Positions 55,348 through 59,633 of a stretch of DNA of 59,633 bases are shown piece by piece. Positions within the stretch are counted from its first letter, which is position 1. Each line of letters starts with the position of its first letter. A program made the position numbers and the translations under genes. The stretch is from IMG/VR virus record IMGVR_UViG_3300003969_000012, positions 1 to 59,633 of that record; one strand, written 5' to 3'. Origin of the DNA: a virus (Duplodnaviria; Caudoviricetes). Under the pieces are notes generated by a model. That model saw nothing but the letters and a program-made list of their open reading frames with translations. It was not told the origin of the DNA and searched no databases.

Positions 55348-56015
55348 AGCAAACCCCTACCCTCTTCCAGCGCCCCATGGTGCAAGCCATCGTGCGTGAG
55401 GTCAATCCGAAGACCCAGACTCGCCGGCACGTCAAAGGCCAAGCGCTGGATTGGCTGGAGGCGTACAACTTCACACCCGAATTTGTGGCGCTCCCAGAAA
55501 ACTCGATGTCCCCCTATGGGTATGCCGGTGACCAGATCTACGTGAAGGAAACATTCTTCGCATGGGGCCGCTGGGAGACTCGCTTCAATGCCAAGAAGGG
55601 CCGCGACGAGTGGCACTTTGTGGACATGACGTTGGAGTGTGGCAAGGACTACCTCTATGCCGCCGATGGCGTCAGCGACACCCAAGCTTTCATCAAACGC
55701 CGCGGGGGTGTGGAACCGATGTACTGGAAGCGCCCCGCCATCTTCATGCCGCGCGCTGCAGTGCGAATCTGGCTTGAGGTTGTCAGCGTACGCATTGAGC
55801 GGCTGCAGGACATCAGTGAAGCGGATGCCATCGCAGAAGGCTCACCAGACTACGAAGAGGGCTTAGACCCGCCTCCAGATGAGGAAGGCATGGAGTGGTC
55901 ATTCCAAGCGTCCTATCAGCGCCTTTGGGAATCCATCAACGGTTCCGAAGACTGGGCCGCTAACCCATACGTTTGGGTTTTGGAGTTCAAGCGCATTACA
56001 GGAGCCATCCAATGA
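55344..56015 (+). CDS. ASCH/PUA-like phage protein
   Basis: LF..PMVQAI....KTQTRR; PYG..GD..YVKETF; IFMPR.A.RIWLEV..VR.ERLQDISE.DA.AEG; W..NPYVWV.EF. Confidence 0.8.
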   Translation: MKQTPTLFQRPMVQAIVREVNPKTQTRRHVKGQALDWLEAYNFTPEFVALPENSMSPYGYAGDQIYVKETFFAWGRWETRFNAKKGRDEWHFVDMTLECGKDYLYAADGVSDTQAFIKRRGGVEPMYWKRPAIFMPRAAVRIWLEVVSVRIERLQDISEADAIAEGSPDYEEGLDPPPDEEGMEWSFQASYQRLWESINGSEDWAANPYVWVLEFKRITGAIQ

Positions 56016-56275
56016 ACACCCCCATGATGTTGAACGGCCTGAAGATGGTCAAAGCCCCAACGTTTCCAAAGATGACTCTGGCGAAAGACGTAGCGGTATC
56101 CCCAGAGTTCCGGGAAGAAATCGACGCCTGGATGCTGGAATTCTTCGGCACCACGTGCCTGATTGAGCGCGGAACAACTTGGGTCTTGCAGCAGCAAGGA
56201 ACGATAGTTTTGCACCCGGATGACTACGTGGCCATTAGGCAGATAAACCTGAAGGTGGGAGGCATGCTGCCATGA
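56012..56275 (+). CDS. Hypothetical protein
   Basis: EFREEIDAWMLEFFG; coupled; AGGAG RBS. Confidence 0.6.
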   Translation: MNTPMMLNGLKMVKAPTFPKMTLAKDVAVSPEFREEIDAWMLEFFGTTCLIERGTTWVLQQQGTIVLHPDDYVAIRQINLKVGGMLP

Positions 56276-56661
56276 CACACCCCAGAGTTACCCCTCAAGG
56301 GCAGGCCATGGGCAAGAGTTCTGCCCGTCTTGCAGAGCGCGGTTTGCAGCGAATGAAAGCCCAAGGGCTTACCAATCTCGGCTTGCCAATGCTGCGCGAT
56401 GACATGTGCCAGAGCTGCGCCTGTAAGCCCGACACAGTGCCAAACGGATGCCTGCAAACCCAGCTGGACCTCATGAAATCAGCGTCTGAAGGGCGCCCGT
56501 TTATGTGCCATGCCCCGAAAGATGGAAAGTTGTGCGCTGGCTGGGCGCGAGTCCGGGCTGAACTGGTGGCAAACCCTTTGCCCGCCGATGTCGTTGCGCT
56601 GCTGGACAAGTGGGACTACTCCCCACCGGATGAAGAACCAAGCAATACGGAGGATGTATGA
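56272..56661 (+). CDS. Cys-rich hypothetical protein
   Basis: MCQSCA.KP ... PFMCH ... LCAGW. Confidence 0.65.
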   Translation: MTHPRVTPQGQAMGKSSARLAERGLQRMKAQGLTNLGLPMLRDDMCQSCACKPDTVPNGCLQTQLDLMKSASEGRPFMCHAPKDGKLCAGWARVRAELVANPLPADVVALLDKWDYSPPDEEPSNTEDV

Positions 56662-56788
56662 CCCCAAGCCCACAAAGCGACGGAGCCAAGCTGGCCTATG
56701 CCTTGATCTTCTTCATTGCGGCCATCGTACTTAACGACATCACGCAGCCGGACCTTTGTGAGCGGGTTTGCTGCAAGAAGGACAGCAA

Positions 56789-57088
56789 ATGACCAACAAA
56801 GCAACTTGCACACTCTGCGGCGAACCAATGCCCCCAGGCGAAACGATGTTTCACTATCACGGGTACAGCGGCCCATGCCCAGAGCCGCATTTGAAGAAAG
56901 CGCAATTGGATCCTGCTGGACGACCAAAACTGGAACTGACCGTGCTTGAGCGCGAGGCAATAAGAACGCTTAACGCTATCAAGGCGGCAACCGATGGAGG
57001 AGGGCTAGTTCTACTTCCTACTGAAATTCAGATGGCGATAGATGCTGTGCTTGCGATGGCTTCTGTGCGAAGGGTGGGTGTCAAATGA
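56789..57088 (+). CDS. Zn-binding hypothetical protein
   Basis: CTLCGEPMPPGETMFHYHGYSGPCP. Confidence 0.6.
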   Translation: MTNKATCTLCGEPMPPGETMFHYHGYSGPCPEPHLKKAQLDPAGRPKLELTVLEREAIRTLNAIKAATDGGGLVLLPTEIQMAIDAVLAMASVRRVGVK

Positions 57089-57630
57089 AAACCAAAGACG
57101 AACAAATTGCTCTGGCGCTGGAGGCGCTGGAACGTGCAGAGAAGGCGCTATCAGAAGCAATGATGGTCGCCCCTGTTACGCACCTACCACCATCAGCCCC
57201 GGCAGCGATTCAAGTGACTCAGACAGCCATCGCCGCCCTAAAGCAAGCACAGCAAGCGCAAGAGCCGGTAACGCAGGATGAAATCATGGAAGCTCACGCC
57301 CTTGCGCTGACTGCTCACTGCGCAACAAATGGTTTTGATAGCGCGGTCTACGCTACTGAGCATGGGAGCCAAGGCTATGCCGTGAGCGTGGAGACAGCGG
57401 AGCGGTTCAATGCACGCAATCAGCCAGCACCCAAGCAAGCGGAACCAGCATGGCAGCCTATTGAATCAGCGCCGAATGGAACTATGGTTCTTTTTGCAAA
57501 CATGAGTCCGCGCATTCAGGCCAGTGAATGGTGCTTTGTTGCTTGGATGGCAGACGGAAAACTGTGCGGCCATCGTATGGACAAGCCCACCCATTGGATG
57601 CAATTACCAAAACCACCGGAGGCGTCGTGA
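57085..57630 (+). CDS. DUF551-like accessory protein
   Basis: C-terminal WQPIESAP.....L ... PTHWMQLPKPP. Confidence 0.7.
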   Translation: MKTKDEQIALALEALERAEKALSEAMMVAPVTHLPPSAPAAIQVTQTAIAALKQAQQAQEPVTQDEIMEAHALALTAHCATNGFDSAVYATEHGSQGYAVSVETAERFNARNQPAPKQAEPAWQPIESAPNGTMVLFANMSPRIQASEWCFVAWMADGKLCGHRMDKPTHWMQLPKPPEAS

Positions 57631-57794
57631 GATACACATTTGCGGCGTTCATCTACTGGCCTATCTGGCTAGGTTTTCGAGCCAACGGTTATTCCTATTA
57701 CGGCATGCTCCTTGGTGGCTTGGCCGTGCTGTCCGTGTGGTCCATTTTGTCCAAGATGCAATTTGGCACCTGGAGATTTTGGGGGGAGCTATGA
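57627..57794 (+). CDS. Small two-TM membrane protein
   Basis: GTG start coupled to upstream stop; aromatic-rich hydrophobic helices. Confidence 0.45.
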   Translation: MRYTFAAFIYWPIWLGFRANGYSYYGMLLGGLAVLSVWSILSKMQFGTWRFWGEL

Positions 57795-58435
57795 ACAACC
57801 TACCCTGGTTCTCTGATGCTGAGGTCGATGACCTTTGCACAGGGCTGAAAGTCAACGCCGCAAAGGTCCGGCACCTTGAGTCGCTGGGGCTTACGGTCAA
57901 GCAAAAGCCCAACGGCCGCCCGCTGGTCATGCGCTCCCATGCGGAAAACATCCTACGCCCGCAACCAACAGCATCGGAGACGGAGCTAGCCATCGAGCCT
58001 GCACTGCCAGCCGCTCTGCCCTGGGAGGAAACAGTACTTGGGCGCTGGCAGAAGGAACGACGCGATTTCGTGAATCACAGGCGGGCCGAGCGCGATGCGC
58101 AGCCATTGCCAACCAAGGATGAATTGCGAGCTGCAATGCGCGAAGCTGAGCACCGTCGGAAACAAGCCAGAGCTGCGATCGTTCGCTTTCATGCATCACG
58201 CCGCCGTGTGGCAAAGTTGCAGCGAACTCCCCCCTGGGCGAATCAGGCTGCCATCAAGGCCATTTACGCGGACGCGACACGTCTTACCGAAGAAACTGGA
58301 GTCATGCACCACGTTGATCACATCTATCCATTGCAGGGAAAGATTGTCAGCGGACTTCATGTCGAAACCAACCTGCAGATTCTGCAATGGCGCGACAACA
58401 TAATCAAACGCAATAACTTTGAGGTTGCACCATGA
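57791..58435 (+). CDS. DUF4224-like N-terminus fused to an HNH endonuclease domain
   Basis: FSDAEVDDLC.GL...AAKVRHLESLGL....KPNGRPLV.R plus RR..KLQRTPPWA..HHVDHIYPLQG..VSGLHV..NLQIL...DN..K.N. Confidence 0.7.
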   Translation: MNNLPWFSDAEVDDLCTGLKVNAAKVRHLESLGLTVKQKPNGRPLVMRSHAENILRPQPTASETELAIEPALPAALPWEETVLGRWQKERRDFVNHRRAERDAQPLPTKDELRAAMREAEHRRKQARAAIVRFHASRRRVAKLQRTPPWANQAAIKAIYADATRLTEETGVMHHVDHIYPLQGKIVSGLHVETNLQILQWRDNIIKRNNFEVAP

Positions 58436-58701
58436 GCGAGCTAACCCGCCAGCAACTATGCGCTGCGCTTGGCATCAGCGAGAGCACGGTTCGGCGCCTG
58501 GAAGTCGATGGTCTACCATTCACCCCAGTGGGTGTCAGGGCGAAGCGTTACGACCTGGCTGAGTGCAAGGCGTGGCTTAAGGTGAATCAATGTCAATCTG
58601 GGAAGACAAACAAGGGCGTAAGCACGTCGGCATTATGGTCGGCGGGCAAAGAATTCACCGCATCCTACCGGAAGGCACAACTGCGCGTGATGCCAAGCTG
58701 A
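58432..58701 (+). CDS. xis: Excisionase-like HTH protein
   Basis: LTRQQLCAALGISESTVRRL...GLP......KRYD....KAWL; overlaps integrase 5' end. Confidence 0.7.
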   Translation: MSELTRQQLCAALGISESTVRRLEVDGLPFTPVGVRAKRYDLAECKAWLKVNQCQSGKTNKGVSTSALWSAGKEFTASYRKAQLRVMPS

Positions 58702-59633
58702 TCGAGGCCGAGTTACGCTCGGCTGTCGTCAAGTCACCCAAGGCGGTGAACATCCCCGGCGATCCACCCATGACCGCTATCCTCGCGATCTACGTCGCCC
58801 ACGCCAAGAGCCTCAGAAGTTCCGACACCTCAGAGCACCACGCTAACCGGCTGGGGCCATGGGCTGAAAAGTACCGAGCTAGTCAGGCTCGAGAGTTTGC
58901 CGCCCATGTGATCAAGGACATGAGCAAGCTAATCCCCGACGAAAAGACCGGCAAGAAAAAACCCGCCTACGCTGCGGCCACCATCAATCGAAGCCTAGCC
59001 ACTGCCAAGAAGGGATTGGCCTTGGCATGGGATCAGAACCTGACGCCCGAGAACTACGGCCTGCGCATCAAGGGCGTGGCAGTGAACAACAAGCGGGAGA
59101 TATTCCTGAATGTGGAGCAGGTCCGAACAATCACCTCCCATTGTTCGGAGCAGGCGCAGGCCGCTATCTGGGCCGCACTCCTGACCGGTGCCCGCCGTGG
59201 CGAACTATTCCAGATCAGGGCAGAGCACATCCTCGAAGACGTGATCGTCATCCCCGCCAGCCATACCAAGACCCAACGCAGCCGCATGGTTCCCATCATC
59301 CCCGCCCTGCGTCCATGGCTAGCTCACTTTCCCCTGACCATCACGGTGGACGGTGTGAAGAGCGCATGGAGACGCGCCAGGGTGGAGGCCGGCATGCCTA
59401 ACGTGAATTTCCATGATCTGCGCCACAGCTGCGCCAGCATCCTCTTGGGTCTGGGTGTCGATCTGTACATCATCGGGGAAATCCTCGGGCACAGCAACGT
59501 GCAAACCACCAAGCGTTATGCACATTTGCAGATCGAGCAGCAACGCGCAGCCCTGAACAAGCTGAGCGCCTTGGTATTGCCAGAGGAAAAACAAAAAACC
59601 CGCACCACCAAGAAGGCAATGCGGGTTGCTTGA
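58590..59633 (+). CDS. int: Tyrosine integrase
   Basis: LLTGARRGEL, TKT, FHDLRHSCAS, LGHSN...TKRYAH. Confidence 0.93.
   Translation: MSIWEDKQGRKHVGIMVGGQRIHRILPEGTTARDAKLIEAELRSAVVKSPKAVNIPGDPPMTAILAIYVAHAKSLRSSDTSEHHANRLGPWAEKYRASQAREFAAHVIKDMSKLIPDEKTGKKKPAYAAATINRSLATAKKGLALAWDQNLTPENYGLRIKGVAVNNKREIFLNVEQVRTITSHCSEQAQAAIWAALLTGARRGELFQIRAEHILEDVIVIPASHTKTQRSRMVPIIPALRPWLAHFPLTITVDGVKSAWRRARVEAGMPNVNFHDLRHSCASILLGLGVDLYIIGEILGHSNVQTTKRYAHLQIEQQRAALNKLSALVLPEEKQKTRTTKKAMRVA

Larger units (their letters stand above)
1..59633. mobile_element. Temperate podovirus-like prophage (lambdoid immunity/Q regulation, N4-gp56-type capsid, giant ejection protein)
   Basis: Full module set: integrase/xis, cI/cro with operators, replication, Q, lysis, terminase, portal, capsid, tail and ejection genes; two divergent transcription arms meeting at 42710-42780; no tape measure or sheath recognisable. 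Confidence 0.95.

Noticed and set aside
1-59633. CRISPR array, rRNA, IS element or invertase-controlled cassette
   Set aside because: No regularly spaced repeats, rRNA-like sequence, transposase or serine invertase seen
1-59633. attL/attR core repeats
   Set aside because: The window ends exactly at stop codons of the terminal genes, so flanking att sequences are not included

Overview
The whole window reads as one near-complete temperate (lambdoid-regulated, podovirus-like) prophage/phage genome of about 59.6 kb, cut at gene boundaries: it starts at the stop codon of a 3290-aa virion/ejection gene and ends at the stop codon of a tyrosine integrase, so no att sites are visible. On the minus strand (1-42709) lie cro, a cII-like gene, an N6-adenine methyltransferase, a replication initiator and DnaB, a nin-like region (RuvC, DUF4406, a Tad2/DUF2829-like anti-Thoeris protein), Q with a lambda-like pR'/tR', a highly structured 1.1-kb late leader, endolysin and spanins, terS/terL, portal, scaffold, an N4-gp56-type capsid, spike/fibre genes, holin-like genes, a nozzle, and ejection proteins ending in a giant polyvalent protein. 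On the plus strand (42780-59633) lie a short cI repressor, a cargo island of small exported proteins, pL with a multi-domain structured leader, a recombination module, a 5mC methyltransferase, small accessory ORFs, xis and int. The layout resembles 933W/Bcep22-like temperate podoviruses; a betaproteobacterial host is only an inference. The most unusual signals are non-coding: (i) a tRNA-shaped element downstream of pL whose D-like and T-like loops are Watson-Crick complementary, (ii) a second loop-loop structure and an RBS-occluding hairpin in the late leader, and (iii) a two-state RNA switch in front of the HNH/replication genes. No CRISPR array, reverse transcriptase/DGR, rRNA or canonical tRNA was found. 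All family assignments come from motif recognition by eye, not from database searches.
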